DNA of 64,000 nt from Escherichia coli (GTDB lineage: Bacteria > Pseudomonadota > Gammaproteobacteria > Enterobacterales > Enterobacteriaceae): NCBI RefSeq assembly GCF_003790525.1, contig NZ_CP033635.1. The stretch is one strand, 5' to 3'. Shown piece by piece: positions 30,443 through 41,704 of this stretch. The notes below the pieces were generated by a model. The model saw nothing but the letters and a program-made list of their open reading frames with translations. It was not told the DNA's origin and searched no databases. A program made the position numbers and the translations under genes. Each line of letters starts with the position of its first letter. Positions within the stretch are counted from its first letter, which is position 1.

Positions 30443-33400
30443 TTGTCACCTCCGGACAGATGTTGCAATGTATTTTCGTCAATTGGCCCGAATGCAACGT
30501 GCCAACCCCTGGTTGTGAATAATGGAATAAATTCTTGATTATCAATAATCAATGCCCATTTTTGTGATGGCCAGGCGAGATCGGCTTCCGCAATAATTTC
30601 ACCTTCATCATTTTGCAATTCGTAGCCGAGAGTCGGCGCAGAGAGAGAATGAGACTGAAGCAACGCGATCTCTTCAGCGCTTAATAAGCCAAACTCAATA
30701 ATCTCAGCCCAACTTTCATCAGTCTCTGGTACTGCCTCTGGCGTTGCCGTAACTTTAACGTCAACGCTTTCCTGCGGTAAATGCACGGCTTTACGGCTGG
30801 TAAAGGTCATATCCGGCAGGAACTGTAACAGGTTTACCAGTCGCCAGAAGCCATTGAGTCCCGCTTCATAACCGTCATCCTGCGTATAGCGATCGTCAAA
30901 ACAGATATGCAAACGCAGCCAGCTGCGCATTTGTGCGACACTGGTCGTCGGTTTAATGGCTTGTTGTGGCAACACCGAAGCCAGCTCAATAAATTGCTGC
31001 GATGAGTTACAGCTATCGAGTAAACCACCAAAGACAAACGGTTCGTCTGGCAAAAGCTCTGCTAGCCGCCAGGCTGGCGCGTTTTCCTGCATTTCATAGG
31101 CATACTTTTGTTTCGTTCCCGCGTCCTGTGACTTCTTCACATCCAACCACACCCAGGCATGTGCAGCAGCCATTTTCTGCCATAACTGCGTTCTTCCTCC
31201 CGGATCGGCGAGATAATCCAGCAGCAGTGCAAAACTGTTGCGTTCCCGGAACGACGCTTCAAGGGCCGCAAAGTTGGTATCGTGAAACAGGTTATAAAAC
31301 TTAGGCTGTTTCATATCCGGGTTATGCCCAAGCCCCAGGACATCCTGAACATGTTTAAGCCCAGGCTCTTTGAGATCGGCCCACGTGACTGTCCACACCC
31401 AGAAATTATCGCTATCCCGAATCGCCTGGCGTTTTTGCACATCCTCTGCGACGCTATTTTTGTGAAACGCAAAGCCATCAAGGAAAATAGCTACCGGTTT
31501 AATGGCATCAGACTGCATAAGCGGATATAGCACGTAATCCGGGCGACAAGGGATCCCCACCGCCTCTTTAGCGCCTAAATCCACCTGAGCTTTAAGATGC
31601 CAGCTCATCATCGGTTCGCTGCGGGTGTTAATAATCCACCCAGCGCCCTGATGCGCGTAACTGCGACTGACAATCAGGTTTTTATTTTCTTGCAGGCAGC
31701 TAATAAACCGTTTTTCCAGCTCACTGCCCATCATGGCTTCGAGGGAAATGTTTTTGATGGAATCAATTACCCGTATCGAATCTCTTGCCTGCAAAATTTT
31801 CGCCAGCAAGAGACGCGCCTGATCGCGGGAGACATACTTCATGCGCCCACGGTCACGGTAAGCGTAAACGCAACGATAACAACCATCTTTATGCGTATCA
31901 TGGTTGCAACTGCATTCCACTATCGCCTGATAGGCCAGTTCAAGTAATTTCAGCAAATTGTCGGGAGTGCGCATCAGCTCTTTAAGAGAACCAGTTCCCC
32001 CCGGGACGGTATCGTAAATCACCAGATACTGCCGCCAGGATTCGCCTTCATTTTCCGGCTCGCGGTACACAACGCCTTTCAGGTGATCGACATTCCCCTT
32101 GAAGTAATGTTTAAGACCTAGCTGGATCGCCGCCCCAAGAGAAGCCTCCACGACACGGTCATTACTGTAACTGCTTACCGGGAGCAGAATACGCAACGCT
32201 TCTGACTCCAGCTGGCGATAGAGATAGAGATAATCTTCGAACTTCGCCTTTTCGGGTTCCGTGCGATATTTGCAGCTCAAATCATGACGTGGTTCATGAT
32301 CGCGAGGACGCTGCACCATGCCGCACCCGAGGCAAACTTTAAACCCGGTTCGCTTCTTCGCTTCTCCGGCAATCATCAACTCATTGGCATCATCCGCCAT
32401 TTTGCCGAAGTTGATATCCCGCAGGGTGACTTTGCTTAAAAATTCAAAACCAAACGGAACTTCGCCTTCCTCAATCGCGTATGCCGCCGATACATCTTCT
32501 TTTTCGAAACTAACCAATAGCTGACGCTGGAAGAAAGCAGGTTCACGGCTGTCGCTCTCGTCGCTGATCTGGCTATCACGTGCGCTGGCGCGGGCATACA
32601 CCTGGCGAAGTTTCAGCAGCGTGGTTTTTTGTCCGGCGTCGGCCCACCCCGGTGTGCCACATTTCGGGCAATATTTATGCTGGTCGCCCGTCTGGTCGAT
32701 ATTTTCGCTGTAGTTACAGTGGCTACAGATACGCCAGTTCTCCGGCTCAGAGACCTTCAGGTCTATCTGCTCAATTTCAACTTTATGCCCACCGGCATAG
32801 AAATTATTCAGCGGAGCCAGCTCAGCCAGCGCCGTTGATGCCGGGCGTTCATATTCGAAAGTGGTGTTTTGATATTCACGCGCTTCCCCGCCTTCTTTAC
32901 GCCGCCAGAGCACAGAACGTAACGTAATACCGGCTTCCGGGAAGGCGTAGTTAGGCAGCAGACCTTCATCCGTGAGGAAATTCAGCGTCTGCTTATTGTT
33001 GATTTGATTTACCAGCGCCATCAGCGCCTGCCGTTCTGAAGTTAACTCGCGCATATCGCTGTCAAAGTTTTGATCGCGCGGCGCGTTCTCCAGCTTATCG
33101 ATACTGCGCTTGAGTTTATCGATGCGTGAACGCAGAGATTTGCGATCTTCCACCAGCAGTTTTAACGCTTCTTCGATACGCTGCACCAGCGAACGCTGTC
33201 CAGGCGCACCCTGAAGATAAGACAACAACTGTTGGCGAGTTTCTGCGGCAAGATCGGGGAAGATCGCCGTAAATTGTGCAGCAATCTCCGCATGATGCTG
33301 TTCGATATATCTCAGTAAGTTATACGGAAAACCCGATTTACGCCCGAACTCCAGCTCATCCAGCATCTGTTTGACGTTTTTACAGATAGCGGATTCTGGT

Positions 33401-36400
33401 ACACCGGTTTTCACCCAGTTATCCATACAAAAAGCTGCCAGCTGGCGTTCGAGAATAGCCGTTGCATTGAGGAAGACGCCAGGAGCCTGCACCTGGCCCT
33501 GCATCATCTCCAGTGGTTCTTCAAAGAAAAACTGATCGTGCGGGTTCCCTTCTGCCACGGTAATGTTTAACGCGTTACCATCTTTACGACCGGCGCGACC
33601 AATACGCTGCAAGTAGTTGGCCTGAGCAGGTGGGACAGAACAGAGTAAAACGGTGGAAAGATCCCCAACGTCGATACCCATCTCCAGCGTCGGTGTTGCC
33701 GACAACAGGTTGATATTCCACGGTTGGTTGCCGCGGTAGAACGATTTTTCGGTGGCTTCGCGATCTTCACGGCTAAGCAGCCCCGTGTGTTCTGCGCCCT
33801 GCACGCGCGCGATGTCCATGTTCTCCCAACGCCAGGTCGCCGTATTGTCGACTTCCTGGTAACGACCTTCACAACGTAAAGAGAGACAAGGCGCATTACG
33901 CCACTGCCAGCCTTGATCGGCCGGAGCCCGGACAACCTCACGGCAACATGAGCAATTAAGCTGAACGACGTCACGGCTCACCACCAGCGCCGAAGGCACC
34001 AGTCCCCAGGCTTCACGCCCTTTGGTGTCAAAATCTTTTACTACTCCGGCTATTTTCAACGCCGTAAACAGGCGTCGTAACACCGTTTCCGCAACGCTAC
34101 TGATAAACAGATTATTGCCGTTACTCAGCGTGCGATTGATCCAATGCTGATACCAACTGGGGTTAGACTTCGCGCCAATCAGGCGATGGAAACCATTAAT
34201 TTTTTCAAACGACGCATAAGCCGGTTTACGCGTTTTCGGACCGATAGAAGGCATATAGCGCGAGGTACGCTCTTTTTGCGTCATCATAAAGGTCGTGCCA
34301 TCACGGCGATAACTTTCGAACGCCGGATGCATAACGGCCCCGGCCTGGCGTTGATACCAAATAACCCCCAGCGCCAGGTGCGCGACCTGCTCGACGCTCA
34401 CACCGGACATCTCATCACCCAGCTCTTCACAAAGCTGTTGATGCAGGGCGGTAATTGCCGGATTAAAGCGTTCTTTATCCACTCCGGCAACGGCATAACC
34501 GGTGGCTTCCAGCGTACGTCCGATACGCGCGCGCAGGGTAAATTCGCTGTACACCTCCCAGTCGAGGCGCAGGGAAACCAGCTCCGGCAGATCGGAGTTC
34601 TCCGCCAGTTTGCCTTCATTTTTCAGCGTCTGATAATCATTCAGCCACTGCATATTTGGTGCGATGAAGTTCGCTGCAAAATGAGCATCGTCCGGTGAAC
34701 GTTCACGCGTTTGTTGGCAAACACGCGCCGCGAACGCATCCAGCGGTAATGTCTCTTTTTCGCCAAGAACACTGGCGATTTGCCCACGAATCATCAGCGG
34801 CCAGGTTCGGGCAGTAAAAAAGCTGGCACGATGCGCGGCGTCTTGTACCGAGTCAGAAAACGTAATCAGCTTTTTATGTTCGTTGAACTGGCTGCCATAA
34901 AGCTGGTGAATCATCACCGCCGACAGACTGGCAGCCCGTGACCCCAAAATCGAAATCCCCTGTTTGCTGTTGCAGTACGGGCATTCATTAGCAAACTCCA
35001 GCTCGTCCTTACGCTCTTTGAGCATATCCGGGATCAGTACCTGCAACAGCTCTGTATGACCACAATGTCCACACTGGACGCTGGACTGTCGGTTCAGTTT
35101 CAGGCAGGTAGGGCACAGTTTCTGGTGTGCGCCACTGACCGCTTTTTCGTTGTTATCCGGGAAAGCGAGGACGATGGAGCGCCCTTTTTCAAAGAACTGG
35201 CGATAAATGCCGTCGAGGTCTGTTTCCAGCTGAACGCTTTGCCCATGACGCAGGCTGGCCCAGCCGGTTGCGTGGCAGTCACGGCAGTGGATAACCGGCA
35301 AATAGTGTTCGCGGTCTTCCACCGCCACATCATCGGCAAACACCAGTCGCGGCGTTTTCGCCACGCTGGCGACCAGACGACGCATCTCACGAAGCCACAA
35401 CTGGGAGCGCAGTTGCACAAATGGCAGCACCGGACGCACTTTCTTCGCCTGGAGACGTTTTTGCCGATCGTGTTCCGTTTCCGGTACTTCGAGACGTGCC
35501 TGCGCGATCAGTGCCAGAATGCTTTGCAGCACGCGTCGGGCATGGTCGGCGCTTTCTGCCAGCATAACCTGGAGATTTTCCAGACACTCTCGTTCAGAGA
35601 GGATCCCGCCTTGCAGATCATGGAGTAAGACATGCATCACGCTGTGGCGGCGTAACAGTGACCCCAGCGCAATACGCTTTTCACGCCCGTCGTCGCTCTC
35701 CAGATCGTCCGGGAGTTGCAAGTCGCTGTCGGGGAACCACAAAGGGATTTGCCCGTTAAGATACGCTACCGGGGTAGCGTAACTCTGCGGGTCCAGGGCC
35801 GAAGCGACCTCCGGCCCCGGATACTGACTGTACGCAATGGCATAATCCTGCAAGTACTCCGCTGCCGTGTAGCGATCTTCGCGAATAACGGCGTCATCGG
35901 TAAACGGCTGGTCAAAGATTGTTTTTGCGTAATCGAGCAGTTGCCCCAGTTCGTCGCCGACGGTAGCTGATGTCCCGACGCAGGCGAATCGTTGGTTATC
36001 CACACCTATGTGATGCTTCAGACGTCGCACCAGACAGGCCAGATCCGACCCTTGCGCGCCATCAAACGTATGCAATTCATCCACGACCAGGTAACGCAAT
36101 GAGCCGGGCTGGTTGTAACGCCAGAGCGGCTGATCGCCAGGGCGCATCAGCAGGTAGTCGAGCATTTTGTAGTTGGTCAACAGGATGTCCGGCGGGCTTT
36201 CGCGCAGCGTGTGCTTACAGGTAATGACCTTTTCTGCCGACATTTTCTTGCTGGGTTCGATTTCGCTGTCGCCGACAAACAAGCCGACGGTCACCTTGCC
36301 ATGCAGTTGTGGATCGCTGGCGATGGTTTTGGCGAAACGGCTGGCCTGATCGGTTGCCAGGGCGTTCATCGGGTAGATGATAATTGCTTTAACCCCGGCT

Positions 36401-36780
36401 TGTGACGCGCCCGCGCAGTGGTTGAGCAGCGGGAACATAAAACATTCTGTTTTACCGGAGCCGGTACCGGTTGCGACCAGCGTCGGCTGTGGCGCGTCGC
36501 TTCCCAGACGCTGAAATGCCCGGGCCTGATGCGCGTGCGGCGGGAACGGCAGCGTCAGATTAGGGAAAAAATTCAGCGGTAAGTCACTTTTACGAAACGG
36601 CAACTGGGCGGAAAGGTATGGTCCTTTCAGCAGCGTTTCGGGCTGGGCCAGAAATTGCTCCAGCATTGAGACATTATCGTTATTCTCACCGTTAAACAGC
36701 GGGCTGTTTAGCGGGAACGCCGCCCGTAAAAAGGCGGCAACGCTGTCGGCGACCTGCCGACTGACAACGGACGGCAACAT
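30439..36780 (-). CDS. Giant DEAD/DEAH-box helicase with C-terminal DUF1998-like zinc ribbon (2113 aa); DrmA+DrmB-fusion-like or DruE-like
   Basis: Motif I ATGTGSGKTECF, motif II VVDELHTF, motif VI LQRIGRAGRKDG; Cys-rich module YDTVPGGTGS...ECSCNHDTHKDGCYRCVYAYRDRG...; 1-nt overlap with the upstream methyltransferase stop. Confidence 0.8.
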   Translation of the reverse strand: MLPSVVSRQVADSVAAFLRAAFPLNSPLFNGENNDNVSMLEQFLAQPETLLKGPYLSAQLPFRKSDLPLNFFPNLTLPFPPHAHQARAFQRLGSDAPQPTLVATGTGSGKTECFMFPLLNHCAGASQAGVKAIIIYPMNALATDQASRFAKTIASDPQLHGKVTVGLFVGDSEIEPSKKMSAEKVITCKHTLRESPPDILLTNYKMLDYLLMRPGDQPLWRYNQPGSLRYLVVDELHTFDGAQGSDLACLVRRLKHHIGVDNQRFACVGTSATVGDELGQLLDYAKTIFDQPFTDDAVIREDRYTAAEYLQDYAIAYSQYPGPEVASALDPQSYATPVAYLNGQIPLWFPDSDLQLPDDLESDDGREKRIALGSLLRRHSVMHVLLHDLQGGILSERECLENLQVMLAESADHARRVLQSILALIAQARLEVPETEHDRQKRLQAKKVRPVLPFVQLRSQLWLREMRRLVASVAKTPRLVFADDVAVEDREHYLPVIHCRDCHATGWASLRHGQSVQLETDLDGIYRQFFEKGRSIVLAFPDNNEKAVSGAHQKLCPTCLKLNRQSSVQCGHCGHTELLQVLIPDMLKERKDELEFANECPYCNSKQGISILGSRAASLSAVMIHQLYGSQFNEHKKLITFSDSVQDAAHRASFFTARTWPLMIRGQIASVLGEKETLPLDAFAARVCQQTRERSPDDAHFAANFIAPNMQWLNDYQTLKNEGKLAENSDLPELVSLRLDWEVYSEFTLRARIGRTLEATGYAVAGVDKERFNPAITALHQQLCEELGDEMSGVSVEQVAHLALGVIWYQRQAGAVMHPAFESYRRDGTTFMMTQKERTSRYMPSIGPKTRKPAYASFEKINGFHRLIGAKSNPSWYQHWINRTLSNGNNLFISSVAETVLRRLFTALKIAGVVKDFDTKGREAWGLVPSALVVSRDVVQLNCSCCREVVRAPADQGWQWRNAPCLSLRCEGRYQEVDNTATWRWENMDIARVQGAEHTGLLSREDREATEKSFYRGNQPWNINLLSATPTLEMGIDVGDLSTVLLCSVPPAQANYLQRIGRAGRKDGNALNITVAEGNPHDQFFFEEPLEMMQGQVQAPGVFLNATAILERQLAAFCMDNWVKTGVPESAICKNVKQMLDELEFGRKSGFPYNLLRYIEQHHAEIAAQFTAIFPDLAAETRQQLLSYLQGAPGQRSLVQRIEEALKLLVEDRKSLRSRIDKLKRSIDKLENAPRDQNFDSDMRELTSERQALMALVNQINNKQTLNFLTDEGLLPNYAFPEAGITLRSVLWRRKEGGEAREYQNTTFEYERPASTALAELAPLNNFYAGGHKVEIEQIDLKVSEPENWRICSHCNYSENIDQTGDQHKYCPKCGTPGWADAGQKTTLLKLRQVYARASARDSQISDESDSREPAFFQRQLLVSFEKEDVSAAYAIEEGEVPFGFEFLSKVTLRDINFGKMADDANELMIAGEAKKRTGFKVCLGCGMVQRPRDHEPRHDLSCKYRTEPEKAKFEDYLYLYRQLESEALRILLPVSSYSNDRVVEASLGAAIQLGLKHYFKGNVDHLKGVVYREPENEGESWRQYLVIYDTVPGGTGSLKELMRTPDNLLKLLELAYQAIVECSCNHDTHKDGCYRCVYAYRDRGRMKYVSRDQARLLLAKILQARDSIRVIDSIKNISLEAMMGSELEKRFISCLQENKNLIVSRSYAHQGAGWIINTRSEPMMSWHLKAQVDLGAKEAVGIPCRPDYVLYPLMQSDAIKPVAIFLDGFAFHKNSVAEDVQKRQAIRDSDNFWVWTVTWADLKEPGLKHVQDVLGLGHNPDMKQPKFYNLFHDTNFAALEASFRERNSFALLLDYLADPGGRTQLWQKMAAAHAWVWLDVKKSQDAGTKQKYAYEMQENAPAWRLAELLPDEPFVFGGLLDSCNSSQQFIELASVLPQQAIKPTTSVAQMRSWLRLHICFDDRYTQDDGYEAGLNGFWRLVNLLQFLPDMTFTSRKAVHLPQESVDVKVTATPEAVPETDESWAEIIEFGLLSAEEIALLQSHSLSAPTLGYELQNDEGEIIAEADLAWPSQKWALIIDNQEFIPLFTTRGWHVAFGPIDENTLQHLSGGDK

Positions 36781-39700
36781 CAGGCGCTCTCCTTATCTTG
36801 TGCAAAGAACGCCCAGGCCACTTTGTAGTCGTCTTCGCGATCCGGCTTGATAAACGGTGCCTGCCAGGTGACGGTACGGCGCTCGCCTTCGTCGCTGCGG
36901 GTATAGTCATCAAAGGTAACGCTGACGGTACCGGTTTGCAGATGTTTGACATCATCCCAGCCGATGGCTTGATCGGTGCAGTCACCGCCGGTCCAGTCCG
37001 GGCTGTCGACGTTAAAGACAAAGCCGTTTTTCAGGTCAGCTTTACGCGCGGTACGAGGCAAGCCAACGCCCACCAGCCCTTTGCTTGGGGTAAAGATAAT
37101 GCGACCGTTTTGATCGTACCAGGTGTCCGCTTCGTACTGGCGCATCACCGGGAACTGAATACGGTAGATGGCGAGTAGTTCTTCGAGGGTTAGCCCCAGC
37201 GCCTGCGCCACCAGCACGTCGATTTCCACCAGCGCCTGACGGCGGCTGTAGTCGGAGCGTAAGGCGCAGTTACGCTGCCATTCTGGGGTCAGATTGGTGA
37301 AGAAATCCTGGGGGAGCTGTGGGAGATCGCGGCTCCAATATTGTATTTTAAATTCTGAGGAATAAATGGAACACCACAATTTTTTATAATGCTCTGTTAT
37401 ACTAACCAAAGCCATCGACCTTGCATGTAAAGAGGCTCTAAACTTCTCATTACTTAATAATGGAAGTTGATTAACTAATGACTGATTCGCATGCCCCATG
37501 CCAGTACACTTGACTCTATAATCTACGACAATGGACAAAGACATCGAAAAGAAATCAAGTAAATCATAGTCATGTTTAAAAATAGTGCTTAGACACGTAT
37601 TAATATGAGAAATACCGGGAGGTATTATAGTTGCGATGAAAGTTCGTTCAGAAGTTGAACCTATCATTTCCCGATTAACAAATCTATAGCCATTAGTCAC
37701 AGGAAAGACATTACCATCCCAAGAAACTGTCGGAATTCGATTTAGAAAATCGGAATACTCGCAATTAGGAATATAATTAACCCTAGGCATATAATTATCA
37801 GGAATAGTCATCAAATCAATGGAGTCATAGTCACTATTTAATTTACATAAAGTCCGTGGCGTTTTGTAATAAGCATTCCCCACAAAGAAATGTGGTCCAG
37901 ATAATATCCATTGTGAAATTCCAGAGGGGAATTCCGTTTTCCTTTTAGTTGTACCATCTCTTTGAGCAAATGTTTCATCAAACATCACTGTAGAATAATA
38001 ATTATTTTTTATTGAAGATAGTTTTTTTGATTTAACATCAAATTTACGTAAAACTTCCAATAATTGTACTGTATGTAAAGCTGGAAGCCTTGCGTGCAGT
38101 GCAGGTGTTGAATTATCATCAAATATCCCCGCAAACAAACGTAACTCATCAATAGTAATTGTTAATACTCTTGATTTATGGGGTGATATATTCCAATTTA
38201 TTTTCAGTTTATCCCCATTGTAAGATTCTTCCTTGATACCAGGAATTTCCCCTTGATTATCATGCAAAATACTTGAATCTATTGTATACACAGAGAACAA
38301 ATTTGACATGTGTGTAAATGAAGGCGATTCTTGCAATGGACCATAAATATTAATACTAAATGTTGTTGCATGATGAACATCGGGAAAAAGCCCTAATTCA
38401 TTTTGAAATTGATAATGGTCACGCAAACGGCAGTAAATTTTGGCACGAAGTTCCCCCGCCTTGCTATCATCATAAACTCCATCAGGGTGCAATAACCCTG
38501 AAACACCATGTTCAGAAATAAGTCGCCATGAGACTGGTAAAAAACATTTATATAGATTTGTTTTTTGCCCTAACAAGCATGAAAAATTTTGCTGACTATT
38601 TAGATAGTTCTGTAATCCAACGGCAGATTCAAACTCACTTCGCCATGCATCTTCTAATCCATAGACTCGTGCAAAAGATTCTTCTCGGAGAGAAGATATA
38701 TTGGCAGCGCTAAGATTGTGCAGTACAAGCTCAGGTTTATAATCTCCCAATATTCCGCGTTCTTCCCATACAACTTTTAGCCACGGCGGGTTTCCGAGCA
38801 TCAGGTCAAAACCGCCGCGCTCGGCAAACAGGTCGCAGAACTCCAGATCCCAGTGGAAGAAACGGTACTGCTTTCTCAGGGCATCGACAATCGCCAGACG
38901 CGGCAAATGACGGAACAACACCTCGGTTTTCAGACGACCTGCGCCGGAAAACAGTGAAGACTCTTCTCGCAGCAGACCTTCTTCGGCAAACAGATCGCCG
39001 GTGGTGTGCTCCGCAACTTCAGTGACTTTTTCCGTGATTACAATCCCGTCGAGCAGGGTTTCAATCTCAAACAACCAGGTGCCGCGATCCGGTAGCTCAT
39101 CGGCTTTGTCGATCGGCCAGAACCACAGCGCGCACCAGTAGTCCATCACCCAACGCAGCTTCTGGTAGGCACTGTTATCTTCAAGACGACCACTGAAGGT
39201 TTCATCTTTACTGCTCAGCGAAGAACGCGTCTGCTCGCTGTTTTCTGCCGGCCACACCGGGTAGCTGTCGGCGGTTTTCAGACGTTCTGCTTTAAGTTGC
39301 TGGCGATAGGTGTTCCACAGAGCTTCCACCTTTTCGCTGATACGCTGCACATCAGCAATCTCATGCCCGGCAAAGCTTTTAATAAACTCTTTGCGCCAGC
39401 TGTCCAGGGCTTTGAAGTCATCCGGATAACGCTGCTTAACGGTTTTATCGCTGTAGTTAGCCATACCGCCGTCGGGCAGCAGGAAGTGAAAAATCTGCGT
39501 CTCTTCACGCGGCGTGTTCATCGCCAGTTCGACCGGCTCGCTGTTAAGCCAGCTCGGATCTTTGGCTTTTTTGTAGGTCAGTTCACTCTTGTTGAACACC
39601 TGACGGCGCGCGCCCACCAGCGAGTTACCGCAGTGCAGCTGGTAACCAAACCACGGTACAAAGGCATCGCCACTGATGGCGTTCAGCCACAGCGACACTT

Positions 39701-41702
39701 CCGCCAGTTCCACCGCCACCGGGTTTAAGTCCACGCCGAAAACGTTGTTGTCGGCAATGTACATTTTCACCCGCTGTAACTCCTGGGTGTAACGATCCTG
39801 CGGAATACGGCGACCTTCCGCCTGCTGCTTGTGGAACAGATACGCTTCCGCCAGCTGGTTGATGGCTTCGTTAAGGAACGCCGCGCTGCCCATCGCCGGT
39901 TCGCACACGGTGAGGTTTAAGATGGCATCAGCTTTAGCGTGCAGATCGGTAATCGGATCAATTTGCTCTTTAAACAGTTCTTTCAGGGCATATTTAACCA
40001 GTGAGCGGGTCAGCACTTCCGGGGTGTAATAAGAGGCAGATTTCTCACGGTCGCGCCCGGCCATACGGTAGATAAAACTGCCTTTGCGGTGAATGCGCAG
40101 ACTGCCGTCTTTCTCGTAGACCTTCTCGTCTTCGTGGTATTTGCCAATCTCATCCTTACTGACGAAGTAACCCGTCTCCAGCTCGTTAAACTCTTCCCCG
40201 GCTTTCTTCACCTCGTAGAGATCTTCGCTGGCGAAGAATCCGCGATAGGAGAGCAGCGCCTCATACACCGCACCCAACTGGTTGATACCCAACTGGCGAT
40301 AAGAAATACGTCCGCGGCGGTTAAAGCGCCCTTTGCCCGGGCGGCTTAACGACATCGCCTGGATAATCTGTTGCAGGGTTTCGTTACGGAATACCACGCG
40401 GTTAAGAATGCGCGTGTTGTTGGCATCAAACAGATGACTTTCCAGACGCGGGACGCTGAACTGATGACTATGGATGGTGATCCGGTCGCCGCTCTCCAGG
40501 TCACTCTGCATTTTCACGCCGCCGTTGTAGCCTTCGCGCACCAGTTTAAACAGCATATTCAGGCTGTCGTGGAAGTAGCGCCCGTTGCGATCTTCTTCGC
40601 TGGTCAGCGGGATCATCTCCAGATCGCGCAACGTTTCCAGGCTGTAACCTTGCAGATAGGTTTTGGCTGTCATTGGCGCATAACCCAGCTCCGGGCGCGC
40701 TTCAATGTAGAACAGGAACAGCAGGCGGTACATGTAACGCAGACATTCGCGGCTCAGTTCATCCGGGTCCACCGCACGGTTACCGGTATAGTTTGCCAGG
40801 CCACGGTCGATCAGATAATGCATCGCTTCGTTGCCCAACAACTCTATGCTTTCGCGCAGGGCATATTTCAGATCTTCCGAAACACCAAACGCATGTTTGT
40901 GCGAATTGTCATCCAGCGAGTCAAGATATGGTGCCCCACTGCCCGGCAGCAGCGAATCTTTATGTAGCAACACTGCCGTCGCTTTCAGCGTATCCGTTTC
41001 ACGACGACTTAAAATCTCTTCAAAATCAAAACGTAGCAGACGGTTTTGCGCCCACTTAGTACGGTCCAACAACAATAGCTGACGGTTACCGAGCAGCAGC
41101 ACAAAACGCGGCGGTTCATTTTGGGTGAAGACCGCCGTAGAGAGCAGATCCTGCCAGCTGCGATATTCACCGTTGGCTTTTTTGCGCAGGCTGTCGCGCT
41201 TATGTTTGTCGGTATCCGCCGGGAATTGCGCGGTCAGTAAGGAGAGCGCCAGCGGATCCAGCGTTCCTTCTTCCTGATCGTGTGCTTCAACAATCCACAG
41301 CCACGGGCTACCGTCAGTGCTGTTGTAACGCGCCAGTACTGGCAGTGGTGTATCGTCATCCAGCATTTGGATCTGCGGCGTAATTTCGTAGCCCAGCGCC
41401 TTTAACAATGGCTGCCAGCGATTACGTTGATCGGCCAGACGCTGCGGGATCTGACGCTGTTTTTCGTGCTCGGCAAGTTTGCGGAAAAACTCAGTCGCCA
41501 GACTGTTAAACTGGTTCCACGGAGCGCGGTATCCCGGCTCTACGTCTTTGCCCTGTTCACGAGCGGCACGCTCCGCTTCACGCGCTGCATTTTCCTGGGC
41601 TATCCAGGGTTCCAGCACATCGCGGATATCACTGGTGAATACCTCACCCAAATAGTGGTTAGAGTAAAATTCGTTTTCGTTATTAATACCGACCAGCGCC
41701 AT
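36780..41702 (-). CDS. Large amino-methyltransferase (N6-adenine or N4-cytosine, 1640 aa); DrmMI/PglX-like
   Basis: SAM-binding motif I VCEPAMGSAAFL and catalytic motif IV GNPPW in gamma-class order; starts 2 nt after the SNF2 gene stop. Confidence 0.8.
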   Translation of the reverse strand: MALVGINNENEFYSNHYLGEVFTSDIRDVLEPWIAQENAAREAERAAREQGKDVEPGYRAPWNQFNSLATEFFRKLAEHEKQRQIPQRLADQRNRWQPLLKALGYEITPQIQMLDDDTPLPVLARYNSTDGSPWLWIVEAHDQEEGTLDPLALSLLTAQFPADTDKHKRDSLRKKANGEYRSWQDLLSTAVFTQNEPPRFVLLLGNRQLLLLDRTKWAQNRLLRFDFEEILSRRETDTLKATAVLLHKDSLLPGSGAPYLDSLDDNSHKHAFGVSEDLKYALRESIELLGNEAMHYLIDRGLANYTGNRAVDPDELSRECLRYMYRLLFLFYIEARPELGYAPMTAKTYLQGYSLETLRDLEMIPLTSEEDRNGRYFHDSLNMLFKLVREGYNGGVKMQSDLESGDRITIHSHQFSVPRLESHLFDANNTRILNRVVFRNETLQQIIQAMSLSRPGKGRFNRRGRISYRQLGINQLGAVYEALLSYRGFFASEDLYEVKKAGEEFNELETGYFVSKDEIGKYHEDEKVYEKDGSLRIHRKGSFIYRMAGRDREKSASYYTPEVLTRSLVKYALKELFKEQIDPITDLHAKADAILNLTVCEPAMGSAAFLNEAINQLAEAYLFHKQQAEGRRIPQDRYTQELQRVKMYIADNNVFGVDLNPVAVELAEVSLWLNAISGDAFVPWFGYQLHCGNSLVGARRQVFNKSELTYKKAKDPSWLNSEPVELAMNTPREETQIFHFLLPDGGMANYSDKTVKQRYPDDFKALDSWRKEFIKSFAGHEIADVQRISEKVEALWNTYRQQLKAERLKTADSYPVWPAENSEQTRSSLSSKDETFSGRLEDNSAYQKLRWVMDYWCALWFWPIDKADELPDRGTWLFEIETLLDGIVITEKVTEVAEHTTGDLFAEEGLLREESSLFSGAGRLKTEVLFRHLPRLAIVDALRKQYRFFHWDLEFCDLFAERGGFDLMLGNPPWLKVVWEERGILGDYKPELVLHNLSAANISSLREESFARVYGLEDAWRSEFESAVGLQNYLNSQQNFSCLLGQKTNLYKCFLPVSWRLISEHGVSGLLHPDGVYDDSKAGELRAKIYCRLRDHYQFQNELGLFPDVHHATTFSINIYGPLQESPSFTHMSNLFSVYTIDSSILHDNQGEIPGIKEESYNGDKLKINWNISPHKSRVLTITIDELRLFAGIFDDNSTPALHARLPALHTVQLLEVLRKFDVKSKKLSSIKNNYYSTVMFDETFAQRDGTTKRKTEFPSGISQWILSGPHFFVGNAYYKTPRTLCKLNSDYDSIDLMTIPDNYMPRVNYIPNCEYSDFLNRIPTVSWDGNVFPVTNGYRFVNREMIGSTSERTFIATIIPPGISHINTCLSTIFKHDYDLLDFFSMSLSIVVDYRVKCTGMGHANQSLVNQLPLLSNEKFRASLHARSMALVSITEHYKKLWCSIYSSEFKIQYWSRDLPQLPQDFFTNLTPEWQRNCALRSDYSRRQALVEIDVLVAQALGLTLEELLAIYRIQFPVMRQYEADTWYDQNGRIIFTPSKGLVGVGLPRTARKADLKNGFVFNVDSPDWTGGDCTDQAIGWDDVKHLQTGTVSVTFDDYTRSDEGERRTVTWQAPFIKPDREDDYKVAWAFFAQDKESA

Positions 41703-41704
41703 GA

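Noticed and set aside
34144-34698. 184-aa plus-strand ORF; similar cases at 40371-40967, 42662-43333 and 39297-39728
   Set aside because: All are embedded antisense inside the large helicase, methyltransferase or SNF2 genes and show no independent motifs.
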